Positions 10,040 through 19,251 of a stretch of DNA of 64,000 bases are shown piece after piece. Every line of letters begins with the position of its first letter. Positions within the stretch are counted from its first letter, which is position 1. The notes beneath the pieces were generated by a model that saw nothing but the letters and a program-made list of their open reading frames with translations, had not been told where the DNA came from and searched no databases. The stretch comes from Candidatus Marinacidobacterales bacterium (lineage in GTDB: Bacteria; Acidobacteriota; Vicinamibacteria; Marinacidobacterales; SMYC01), in assembly GCA_965224085.1 (NCBI GenBank), contig CBDCYI010000011.1, positions 64,001 through 128,000 of the forward strand. Reading direction: 5' to 3'. The position numbers and the translations under genes are program-made.

Positions 10040-10344
10040 GTCATCCTTTCGGAGGGCCAAGGGATGTCGTTGTGGTGGCTCTGAAATCCGTTGTCCACAT
10101 TGTATAACAAGCGTCCGAGCCGTGGCGGCATGCGAGCGCATGGCTTGGGATCAGACGTTCTCAAAGAAAACGGGACGCGTCGAGTGATCGCCTAAAGTTA
10201 TAAAAATAAGTACTTTAGTACAGGTTGGCTACAAAGCTGAGTCCGGGTGCCGTTCCGGGTCCCCAAGGTGCCGCTCCGCGTGGCTTGGCGACCGTTCTTG
10301 CCGGTAAAGCTCGCCTGGCTAGTATGGATCCATAAACTGTGCGC

Positions 10345-10806
10345 ATGCTGATCTGGGCGCAGACCAAACAAGGCGCGTGGAGTGCCACGCGCATACCCGG
10401 CGAAAACGGCCTTTCCATCGCCTCGAGCGTGTTCGTCCTGTGCTTAAAAGGCCACCATGCGTGCGGCATCTTCGTTCATGGTGACGCGGATGTCAACGGT
10501 TGTGCGGCGCTCCCGTTTCACGTTCTCGATCATCGAGACGAGATCCGCGTCGACGGTAACCTTTATTACATAAGCGCCGCGTCGGCGCCGGAGCCTTACC
10601 CCTTCGTGCCCGCCGACAAACCGATCCTCTGCGCGCGATGCGGCGACGAGCCCAAGGCGGCGGAACTTGTCGTGCGCTGTCCTCTCTGTGACGCGCTGCA
10701 TCACCACATCGAGTGTTTCGACTACGACCCCGAGTGCGGTGCGTGCAAGCGGGTGACGTCGTGGATGCCGGATTCCCTCGAGGAGAACGAGCGATGGCAT
10801 CACTGA
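10345..10806 (+). CDS. Degenerate FHA-like domain plus prokaryotic RING finger (putative E3-like protein)
   Basis: VNG...L.H.DEIRV (FHA C-terminal strands), then CARC-x12-CPLC..HHH..C-x6-CGAC; TAAACT 6 nt before the ATG. Confidence 0.65.
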   Translation: MLIWAQTKQGAWSATRIPGENGLSIASSVFVLCLKGHHACGIFVHGDADVNGCAALPFHVLDHRDEIRVDGNLYYISAASAPEPYPFVPADKPILCARCGDEPKAAELVVRCPLCDALHHHIECFDYDPECGACKRVTSWMPDSLEENERWHH

Positions 10807-11042
10807 TGGACGACCGCTACAGCCGTATCGCCGAGATGCCTTTGGTTGGGCCAGATGGGCTGGCCAAGCTCCAACGCTCTTCGGTGGCCATCGTGGGCGT
10901 CGGAAACGTGGGAGGTCAGCTCGGGCCGCATTTTTCGATGATGGGCTGCGGTCTCACGCTCGTGGACCGTGACGTCGTCGCCCGGGTAAACCTCGGAACG
11001 CAAGGCTTCTCTTCGAAGGAAGAAGGGATAGACTTCGTATGA
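10794..11042 (+). pseudogene. Truncated ThiF/E1-like adenylyltransferase (about 80 N-terminal aa)
   Basis: DRYSR..G..KLQRSSVAIVGVGNVG..LTLVDRDVV...NLGTQ, then an abrupt stop; GAGGAG RBS; overlaps the RING gene. Confidence 0.85.
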
Positions 11043-11045
11043 GCG

Positions 11046-12032
11046 ATGTCGAGTGCGGAAATTCGCCGCTCTGTGAGCCATCTGAGGCAGCTCCTTCGTT
11101 CCGGTGGCTTCGAGAAGGCGGCCGAACAAGCGGAGGAGGCGATGGCGCGATACCCGGATAGCGTCGAGCTCCTTGCCGTGTCCGCGGATATCCACCGGCG
11201 TGAGAAAAAGCTCGATGAGGCGAAAGCGCTTCTCGAGCGAGCGCGCGCCATCGAGCCCATGCACCCGGCCGTCCTCGCTTCTTCCGCAGATCTCGCCTAC
11301 GACCGCGGGCGGTTCGAAGATGCGGCCTCCCTCTACTTGGAGCTCGTTGACCGGCGCCCGAGCAGCTATCACTACTCGCGTCTCGTGGCGGCCAAGAATC
11401 GACTCGGCGCGCACGAAGAGGCGGCTGCGATTGCCCGGCGCGCGCTCGAGCGCTTCCCCGGCGATCCGTGGAACCTCCGCGGCCTCGCCACCGCCGAGAG
11501 CAAGCTCGGACGAAGGGAAGAAGCCGTCGCCGTTTACGAGGCGCTTCTATCCGTAGCGCCCGATGACCGCTTCGCTTACAAAGAGCTCATGCGCCTCAAG
11601 ACCGACGAGAGCTCTCCCGAAGAAGCGGCTTCCGCCCTAAAAGGGCTCATGCGGAGCGGTGGTCGCAGCCGAAATCCCCACCTCAGGACATTGGCCGCCG
11701 AGAGGCTACGCAAAGCGGGGAAGCTCGAAGACGCGGTCTCCGAGTACGAAGACGCTCTCGGCCTCGATCCAGGGAGCCCCTACATCCTGGCCCAGCTCGG
11801 CTTCACCCAAAAAAAACTCGGCCGCGAGCAAGACGCGATCGAAAGTCTCTCTAAAGCGTTCCTGGCAAAGCCTTCCGACCCCTACGTTCGCAAGAGCCTC
11901 GAGTCTCTCTTGAAAAAGCGCGGCGAGATCGCGCGTTTCGTCGAGCTCGTCGACGAAGCGCTGCGGCTTCATCCCTCGGTGAAGCTCCTTCACGGCATTC
12001 GCAAGCGCGTCGCCCGCCTTGCGAGCTCGTAA
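11046..12032 (+). CDS. All-TPR repeat protein
   Basis: Repeated A...YE.AL...P helical units across 328 aa; no signal peptide or catalytic motif seen. Confidence 0.9.
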   Translation: MSSAEIRRSVSHLRQLLRSGGFEKAAEQAEEAMARYPDSVELLAVSADIHRREKKLDEAKALLERARAIEPMHPAVLASSADLAYDRGRFEDAASLYLELVDRRPSSYHYSRLVAAKNRLGAHEEAAAIARRALERFPGDPWNLRGLATAESKLGRREEAVAVYEALLSVAPDDRFAYKELMRLKTDESSPEEAASALKGLMRSGGRSRNPHLRTLAAERLRKAGKLEDAVSEYEDALGLDPGSPYILAQLGFTQKKLGREQDAIESLSKAFLAKPSDPYVRKSLESLLKKRGEIARFVELVDEALRLHPSVKLLHGIRKRVARLASS

Positions 12033-12047
12033 GGTACACTCCTCGCG

Positions 12048-15000
12048 ATGGCAACAGTCCGCATCGGCGAGCTCGTGGAGCTTCCACGCGTTCGCACTGT
12101 CATCCAGCTCGTGGACGTATCGGACGAGGCACTAGCCCGGGGGATCCTCGACGACTTCGTTCTCACGGCCGATTGCGACTTCGCTCTGAGCGCGCTGCTC
12201 GACGCGATGACGCATGACGAAGGCCAGGGTTTTTTCCTGCAAGGAAATTTCGGCTCGGGCAAGTCCCATCTTCTCGCGCTCGTGGAACTCTTGTTTCGAC
12301 CCGCTGCCGAACCGGACATTAATAAAGAGGACGGGTGGGGAGCGCTCATCCGGCAAAGCCGCCGCTATGAAACGCTACGAAAGAAGCTCTCACCCCATGC
12401 CGGAGCGAGCGTGGTCGGAGCGGTCTCCCTCGTCGCGCACGCCGGCTCGGAAAGACTCGAAGACATCTCTATCGCGGCGCTCGAAAAGACGTTCGAGGGG
12501 CCACTCGGCCTCGCTCCGAGCTTCACCGCGGAGACCGCAGCAGTAGGAGAAATCAGGGCCGCTCTCGAGTCGCGACATCGGGACGCGCTCGAGAGTTTCC
12601 AGAACCGGCGCTCTGTGACCGCCGAGCGTTTGTTCGACGCCGGCCGACCCGATCTGCTCGACGATCTCGTGCGTGAGCTCGACCTTCCGTTCCGCGTCCG
12701 TCGCCAGCGAGGCGCGTTCTTCGATGCCCTCGAGGCGCAGCTCGGAAAAGGCAGCGCGCCGAAACGCGCCCTCCTCATCGTCGACGAGCTCTCGGAGTTT
12801 CTGCGCTCGAAGCCCGATGCCCGCGCGTTCAACGAGGACATCCGCTTTCTCCAGTTCCTCGGTGAAGCGAGCCGACGCATGCCCTTCTTCATCGTCGCTT
12901 CGCTCCAGGAGCACATAGAGACGACGGGCGAGATCGATCAGTCGACGTTCGGCAAGATCAAAGACCGCTTCCCTTCGCGTCTCGCTCTTACCGGAAGCCA
13001 TCTCCGCGAGATTGCAAGCACGCGTCTCATCCTGCAAAAGCCCGGTGCCGAAGCGCAGATCGCAGAGATCTATCGGAAATTCCGCATTGCTTTCAAAGGC
13101 CTCGCCGTATCCGAGGCTGATTTCACCGCACTCTACCCGGTCCACCCGGCGACGGTGGATCTTCTCGACGACTTGTTGCCGCTGTTCAGTCGGCATCGGG
13201 GGGCGGTAGACTTTCTCCACTATCAACTCGCTGGCGATCCTCAGCGACACATCGCCGGGCTATTAGACGCGCCAGCCGAGTCTCTTCTCGGGCCCGATGC
13301 GATCCTCGACCACTTCCGGATTCGCATCCAAGAGACACTCGAGACGAGCCCCTACATCACCGTAGTGCTTGCTTTCTACGAAAAGGAGCTCTCGCGTCTG
13401 TTCGCCGAGCCTGAAGATCGAGAGACGGCGCTCCGTCTCGTCAAGTTGCTCATCCTTCTCGCGATCTCTCCCATCCCCCGGCGCCGCACTGTCGCCGAGC
13501 TCGCCGAGATGCTTCTCAAGAGCATCACCACGCTCGAATCCGAAGCCAACTACGATCACGTTCACGATCTCCTTGAAAAGATGCACCTCGAGGGCGCCTA
13601 TCTATCCCGCACTGAGGGCGAGGACGGCAAAGACCCGTACGAGAATGTGTACTCCCTCGACCTCGCCGCCGACGTCCAGCTCATCATCCAGAGACGGATG
13701 GAAACCCTGCTGAAGGATCCAGGCTTCACCGTCTCTCGAGCCGTGGGGAAACTTCTCCCATATTTCAAGAGTCCCGAACTTCCGCTTGCGTCGCTGGCTA
13801 AGTCGCCGGTCACCGAGCGGCGCGTCTCGTGGCAAAAGACCTACCGCGAAGGAAACCTGCTGTTTTTCCGCGACGCAGACGACCCCCTACTCTCCGATGA
13901 GCGCCTCGATGAGCTGGTGGAGAAGCTCTGGACCACGGAGCTCGACTTCTGTGTCCTACTCATGGCTCCGGGTGGAGGGGTCGAGCCAGCGACGCTAGAC
14001 CGGTTCATCGGACGACTCGACGAGCGAGCGCCCGAGCCCTTCCTTGTCTGGGTGCCGGCGCCGCTCGAAAAAGGCAAGGAGAAGCCCGGCCAGCTCATTC
14101 GCCGGGCGGCGGCTCGGCTCGCCGTCCGGGAGCACTTTCATCAGGAAGGCTCGGACGTAGCGAAGCGTGTGCTAGCGGCCCTCGAACCTCTGATCCGGGA
14201 AGATCTCGAGCTCAGCGAGAGTGTCGTTCAAAAAACCTATCGAGGCGGGCGCTTCATGGCGCCGTCGGGGAGCCCTACGTTGACGCCGGCTGAGCTTCCA
14301 TCCATCGGCTTCGATCGCATCGTGACCCGCCTGGCAGAGTTTCCCCTCGTACGGCGTTTTCCCAACCACTACGACATCGCGCCCTCGCTCGAAGCCTCAG
14401 CGACCGACCTGCCCGCACCGATTCTCCGCGAGTTTTTCCGGGCCGGAGAGGTCGCGCGACAAAACACCTCCGAGATGCTTCGCACGACGCTCGAGTCCAG
14501 GCTGCGCGCGCTCGGACTCGTCCGCCGCACCGCGACCGGTTATCGCTTGCAACCCGACCCCTCGGAGAGCGACCTCGTGCGCCGCGTGCTTACGCGTGTC
14601 GGAGAAAAGCGCGTTGTTTTGGAAGTGCTGTACCAGGAGCTTCGAAAGGGCGCGTTCGGTCTAACGCGGCCGTCCTTCGAGCTCGTCGTGCAGGCATTGT
14701 TGTATTCGGGCCAGCTGACGGCCTACGCTTCGGGCCGAAAGCTTTCTCTCGACGCGCTCGAGACCCGCTCCGTGAGCCGCATCCAGGAGCTGGGCGCAGG
14801 CGAGATGCTCTCAGGCGAGCTGCAAGCCGTGCTGGCTGGACTTCCTTTCGTGCCGCCCCGGCTTCAACAGGGAGCGTTCGGCTTTGCGCAACAACGTGAG
14901 CTCTGGGACTGCGTTGTTCAATGGAAGTCGGAGCTCGAGCGCGGCGTCGCCGATTTGAAGGCGGAGCTCGAGCGGTCGCGTGCCTACCGCTCGGCGGCCC

Positions 15001-17423
15001 ACCTCGATCTCGACGCGCTGAACTCGCGCATCGAGCGGCTCGAATCGCTGGGCAAAGAAGTCAAAGTCTCCTACGCGGCAAGAGAAGGACTCGAGCGCTT
15101 CGCGCGCCGCGCTCGCGAAGAGCCCGACCTCACCCAGGATTTCGAAGCTTTGGTCGAGCTCTCGCGCTTTTTTCGAGAAGACTGGGAGCGCTATCTCTTC
15201 GTTCATCGCTACTTGAGTGATGCCGCGATGGAGCTTCCTGTGCAGGACGAAGAGCACAAAGAGCTCGGCGCGAGACGTCATCGCCTTCGGGAGCTTGCTT
15301 CCCGTCCCGATTTGCCCTTTCTCCCCGCGTTGACGCGACGGCTCAACGATGAAATGCAGGCTTTCGTTTCCACCTACAGCGCTGTGTACGAGAGGGCGCA
15401 CCGCACGCAAAAATCCCGCGAGCGGGTGAAGCGTCTTCTCTCGCTCCGGGACGAGAAGAGCTATCGCGTACTCCAACGGCTCGCTGCGCTCGAGCTGATC
15501 TCGGTCGACGATGATCGGGTGAAGGCGGACCGTCTTTTGGACGAAGCGCTGGCAAAAACTTGCGATAGGCTCTCTCCGGAGCTTCTGCGCGCGAAGCCCG
15601 CATGCGACTGCGGCTTTAGGCTAGGAGACGTGCTCGAGCTTCCCGCACCGTCCGAGGTTCAGACCGTCATCGATCGCGGCATCGTCCAGTACTTGGAAAG
15701 ACTACGGGAGCCGACCTATCTAGAGCCCATCGAGAGCGCACTCCACGGGCTATCGGAAGTGGGCAAAGACTCTCTTGTGTCTAAAATCCGCAAGCTCGTA
15801 GAGCTCGACCTCGAAGCGCCCGATCTTCTGAAGCGCGTCGACAAGCTCGCCGCGAGCGAGGTCATCGACGCGGTGAACGATGCGCTCGCGGGGCACGCAG
15901 TTCTCGTCGAGAGAAGCCTCGAGGATCTCGCCGAGCGCATTGCGGAAAGGAGCTTCCCCCGCAAGGCGCTCCTCGACATCGTGGCACGATGGATCGACGG
16001 TGACGCGGCGCTCGCATCGGAGGACTACATCAAAGTGGTTTCTCAAGGAAAAATCGCGGCAGAGCAAAGTGTGCTTGCGTCTTTCGTCCGCGAACGTTTC
16101 TCGGAGCTGTGGCCGTGGTGGGAGAAGCTTGGTGAGCGCAAAGCTTGCCGGCTCATGGTTCTGGCCTTTCGCGCTCCCGCTCCGGTTGAAGAGGTCGAGC
16201 CACGGATTGCGGAGCGTCTTCATGACGCCTTTGACGCGTTTACCAGCGAGGCTCCCGACGAGGTCTTGTCGGTTTTCGAGCGTGTCGAGAGCGAGCTGAC
16301 GGATGACGAGCGGCGCGCGATTCTCTCACACAATGACGGCGACGACGCGGAGACGCTCGCTCGTCTCGCTTATGGGGAAAAGTCGTTTCGCTTCGCGGTT
16401 AGGGATCGAGCGAGAAAGCTCATCCGCATGGTCCTTGCGGGCTCGCTAACGAGTGTACCGGCCGGCGCGCGTAGTTCGGATCCAGACCAAGACGTTCAGC
16501 GCGAACGGCTCGGCCTCGAGGCACTCACCCGAGCGCTCGAGTCGGGCGTGAGCCTCTACCGCGGGATACACTACGTGGACGGGCTAGAAAAATCCCCCGA
16601 CACCCCAGAGGGCTGGGAGACGCTCTACCGTGAGCACATGGCGCCGATGCCCGTGGCGCTCTGCCATCTGCAGGAATCACTCGACGAGCTCAAGCTCGCG
16701 GATGCGATTGACCTAAAAGGCCCGACCCGAAACGCACGTCGCCTTCTCGAAGCGCGGGCGTCCGACTTCGAGACTTTTTTTCTCGCTCAGGCCCCCGCCG
16801 AGGGTGCGAGAACACTCCGATACCTTTTCGAAGAGTTCGCCGAAAAATACCGAAGAAAGCTCGAGCCCGCCAGCGAGAGGTTTGTGTTCCTCGACGGCAT
16901 GCGCTGGGACGTGTGGAGTCATTTACGAGCCACGCTCCTGCCTCGACTCCGGGCCGTGTACCGCGTCGTCGACGAAATTCCGCTCTGGTCCATCCATCCC
17001 ACGACGACCCAAGCTCAGCTCGAGGCCGCCGGGATCGGCGTTCCCCAGCTCGAGCTCGTCGCGGAGTCCCAACCGAGCTACGGCCAAAAGGCGGAGACTT
17101 CGGTACTGCCCGGTTTCAAGCGTCTCCATGGACCGGGCGGTGAGCCGATCGAGCGACTGAATCTCGTGGACGACAAGATCCACGAGTCGTCGATGCCCCT
17201 CTCCGATGTACTCCGCGAGATCGAGCTTCACGCGCGAAGGACGCTCGGGACTTTGCTGGAAGAAGCGCCGCGGCGAACGCTCGTGTTTCTTTTCTCCGAT
17301 CACGGCTTTCGCGAAGATCCCCGCTGGAGCGAAACCTCCCGGCATCGAAAGCCTCGTTACCGGCACGGCGGCGCGAGCCTGTGGGAGGTCATCACCCCGC
17401 TCGTGATCCTGTCTCGAAGCTGA
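12048..17423 (+). CDS. DUF6079/BrxC(PglY)-like P-loop ATPase fused to a C-terminal PglZ-like alkaline-phosphatase-superfamily domain
   Basis: Walker A GNFGSGKSH (12243), Walker B LLIVDE (12777), FLQFLGE, KDRF, YPVHP, Cys cluster (15561-15611); C-terminal FLDGMRWD (16893), PTTT, DDKIH, SDHGF (17295), HGGASLWE (17364). Confidence 0.85.
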   Translation: MATVRIGELVELPRVRTVIQLVDVSDEALARGILDDFVLTADCDFALSALLDAMTHDEGQGFFLQGNFGSGKSHLLALVELLFRPAAEPDINKEDGWGALIRQSRRYETLRKKLSPHAGASVVGAVSLVAHAGSERLEDISIAALEKTFEGPLGLAPSFTAETAAVGEIRAALESRHRDALESFQNRRSVTAERLFDAGRPDLLDDLVRELDLPFRVRRQRGAFFDALEAQLGKGSAPKRALLIVDELSEFLRSKPDARAFNEDIRFLQFLGEASRRMPFFIVASLQEHIETTGEIDQSTFGKIKDRFPSRLALTGSHLREIASTRLILQKPGAEAQIAEIYRKFRIAFKGLAVSEADFTALYPVHPATVDLLDDLLPLFSRHRGAVDFLHYQLAGDPQRHIAGLLDAPAESLLGPDAILDHFRIRIQETLETSPYITVVLAFYEKELSRLFAEPEDRETALRLVKLLILLAISPIPRRRTVAELAEMLLKSITTLESEANYDHVHDLLEKMHLEGAYLSRTEGEDGKDPYENVYSLDLAADVQLIIQRRMETLLKDPGFTVSRAVGKLLPYFKSPELPLASLAKSPVTERRVSWQKTYREGNLLFFRDADDPLLSDERLDELVEKLWTTELDFCVLLMAPGGGVEPATLDRFIGRLDERAPEPFLVWVPAPLEKGKEKPGQLIRRAAARLAVREHFHQEGSDVAKRVLAALEPLIREDLELSESVVQKTYRGGRFMAPSGSPTLTPAELPSIGFDRIVTRLAEFPLVRRFPNHYDIAPSLEASATDLPAPILREFFRAGEVARQNTSEMLRTTLESRLRALGLVRRTATGYRLQPDPSESDLVRRVLTRVGEKRVVLEVLYQELRKGAFGLTRPSFELVVQALLYSGQLTAYASGRKLSLDALETRSVSRIQELGAGEMLSGELQAVLAGLPFVPPRLQQGAFGFAQQRELWDCVVQWKSELERGVADLKAELERSRAYRSAAHLDLDALNSRIERLESLGKEVKVSYAAREGLERFARRAREEPDLTQDFEALVELSRFFREDWERYLFVHRYLSDAAMELPVQDEEHKELGARRHRLRELASRPDLPFLPALTRRLNDEMQAFVSTYSAVYERAHRTQKSRERVKRLLSLRDEKSYRVLQRLAALELISVDDDRVKADRLLDEALAKTCDRLSPELLRAKPACDCGFRLGDVLELPAPSEVQTVIDRGIVQYLERLREPTYLEPIESALHGLSEVGKDSLVSKIRKLVELDLEAPDLLKRVDKLAASEVIDAVNDALAGHAVLVERSLEDLAERIAERSFPRKALLDIVARWIDGDAALASEDYIKVVSQGKIAAEQSVLASFVRERFSELWPWWEKLGERKACRLMVLAFRAPAPVEEVEPRIAERLHDAFDAFTSEAPDEVLSVFERVESELTDDERRAILSHNDGDDAETLARLAYGEKSFRFAVRDRARKLIRMVLAGSLTSVPAGARSSDPDQDVQRERLGLEALTRALESGVSLYRGIHYVDGLEKSPDTPEGWETLYREHMAPMPVALCHLQESLDELKLADAIDLKGPTRNARRLLEARASDFETFFLAQAPAEGARTLRYLFEEFAEKYRRKLEPASERFVFLDGMRWDVWSHLRATLLPRLRAVYRVVDEIPLWSIHPTTTQAQLEAAGIGVPQLELVAESQPSYGQKAETSVLPGFKRLHGPGGEPIERLNLVDDKIHESSMPLSDVLREIELHARRTLGTLLEEAPRRTLVFLFSDHGFREDPRWSETSRHRKPRYRHGGASLWEVITPLVILSRS

Positions 17424-17464
17424 TCGCGGGCGCCAACGCATCATCGAAGTCCACCGCTCACGGT

Positions 17465-17664
17465 CCCGGACGAAGATCCAACTCGGCCGGGTCTTGCTCC
17501 CGGCGAAGGAGCGAGTCTCGTCGGCCTGGAGCTCCTCGGCAATAAATCCTGCGATCCTTGCCTGGTTGAAGCGCCGGCACGCGTCGGCGGCCATCTCGAC
17601 CCAGCGGGCCACGGTGTTCCAGGCAATACCTTCGATACGACCGATCGCCGACACGAAGCACCAG
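17465..17664 (-). mobile_element. IS1-like transposase remnant
   Basis: VSAIGRIEGIAWNTVARW (HTH), then EELQADETRSFAGSKTRPSWIFV (first DDE aspartate region); truncated at both ends. Confidence 0.6.
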
Positions 17665-19185
17665 TTACTGTGCATCGAAAACGCCGGGTGGCGCTTGTGT
17701 TTCTCTAGGGGGCGGGTACGCCAAATGTTTTTCCATCTGAAACCAGGGAACCATCCACGGTTCTTCACGCCATGTGCTATCCAACAGGGCAACGTATTGG
17801 TCAACCAATCCGCGAACCCGTGCGTCATGGCTGATCATGTCGTGGACAGGATCGAGTGGACCGACAATTTTCGCATAGACCTGGCCCGCGGAATCTACAT
17901 GATTGAAAACAGCGAATACGGTTGCGCCCGTCGAAAAGGCTAGCTCAGCGAAACTCGTCCGGAACGGTCGCCAGCGACCGTGAAAATCGTATCGGATGCC
18001 GGAGCTTCGGCCATGATGGCCGTCACCGGCGATGGTGACGACACCCCCTCGTTGAAGCGTCCGTCTTGCGGTGTTCAGCTGATGAGAGAAAAGCGAGTTT
18101 TCTAGAGTGCTGCTGGAAAGCTCGAGCCGCTTTAGGTAGATGTGGACGCCACCTACGTTGTAGCTGCCGAGCTGCAAAAGGCTGGACCAAGATTGAGCAT
18201 TGTCGTGACAGCACACCAGGACCACGCCGCGTTCTTGATCGAGGAATCGTTGCAGCTGCTCCTTACCCTCGATCGAGAAGCGATTCGCATACTCCTGCCG
18301 CCGGGCCTCATCCCTTGGCACTCGGCCCCACGGTCCGATCCTATAGTGGAAGAGGCTACCGAACAACAAACAGTCGTGCATCAATCGATTCTCGTCCGCA
18401 TCGATGTCGAGCACACCGAGAAAGCGGCGGATCAGTCGAATGTAGTATCGAAACAACGCGTCTTGCATCGACGGGTATTCGAGGGCAGTGCTCAGGAGTC
18501 GGTACGCCACGGGATAGGGCAGGGCATTCGCCACCGCACTCGCCCACCTCCGACGCCCATGCCACCCCTGTGAGATCGTCGCCTTGGGATCCGCACCAAG
18601 ACGTGGCTGCTCGATACGCTCGTAGAGCGCGTCCAGCGCTTCCGTCTTTTCCGGCTGAACGGCGAAATCAGGATGGACTCGGGTACCCGTACCGTCGGCG
18701 TCGTGCGCATGATCTCCCTTGGACGACCGATCGGGGCTGAGCATGGCGGCCAGTTCCGCCACGCTCGGATTGCGAAAGAACGACTTGAGCGGGATATCCA
18801 CCCCGAACTTTCGTTCCAGTTGCGCGGCGAGGCGTAGGGTCAGCAAGGAATGTCCGCCCAACTCGAAGAAATTATCGTGCACCCCGACTTGCTCCACGTC
18901 CAGTATGTCGGCCCAGATAGCTGCCACTTCTGCCTCGACCTCTGTGCGTGGACCCACGTAGGCGTGCTCGAGATCGGGCCGGGTTGGCTCGGGGGCGGGC
19001 AATTTTCGCCGGTCGACCTTGCCGGTGGGCGTTAGCGCCAGGTGATCCAACTGCACGAAGACGATTGGGATCATATAGTCGGGCAGTTTCTGGCGGAGGA
19101 AACGGCCCAGGTCGCGGCTATCGATCTTGCGGTTCACCACCACGTAGGCCACCAACCGCCTGTCCTGTGGCGTATCTTCTCGAGC
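17665..19185 (-). pseudogene. 5'-truncated NRPS: A-domain C-terminus, PCP, and a lipid A/lysophospholipid acyltransferase-like terminal domain
   Basis: RLVAYVV, LPDYMIP, LTPTGKVDRRKLP, DNFFELGGHSLL (Ppant serine); then GVVLVCCH, GGVVTIAGDG, F.G, LAFSTGA.V, EEPW..W. Confidence 0.85.
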
Positions 19186-19251
19186 GGTACTTTCGAGTGA
19201 ACGAACGATTTCGGTCACTCCCCGATGACCTCCGCCCACGCGGGCGGTGCC

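Noticed and set aside
10794-11042. Functional MoeB/ThiF for the nearby molybdoenzymes
   Set aside because: It is truncated before the catalytic region and coupled to a RING gene rather than to moaD/thiS.
11046-17423. Canonical complete BREX type 3 system
   Set aside because: No brxF, pglX, helicase or brxA, and PglZ is fused and much shorter than usual.
17420-17460. Walker-A-like peptide LIAGANASSKST overlapping the fusion gene stop, as a third gene of the system
   Set aside because: Only about 13 codons, lacking key glycines and a start codon, and cut by the IS1 remnant; could be chance.
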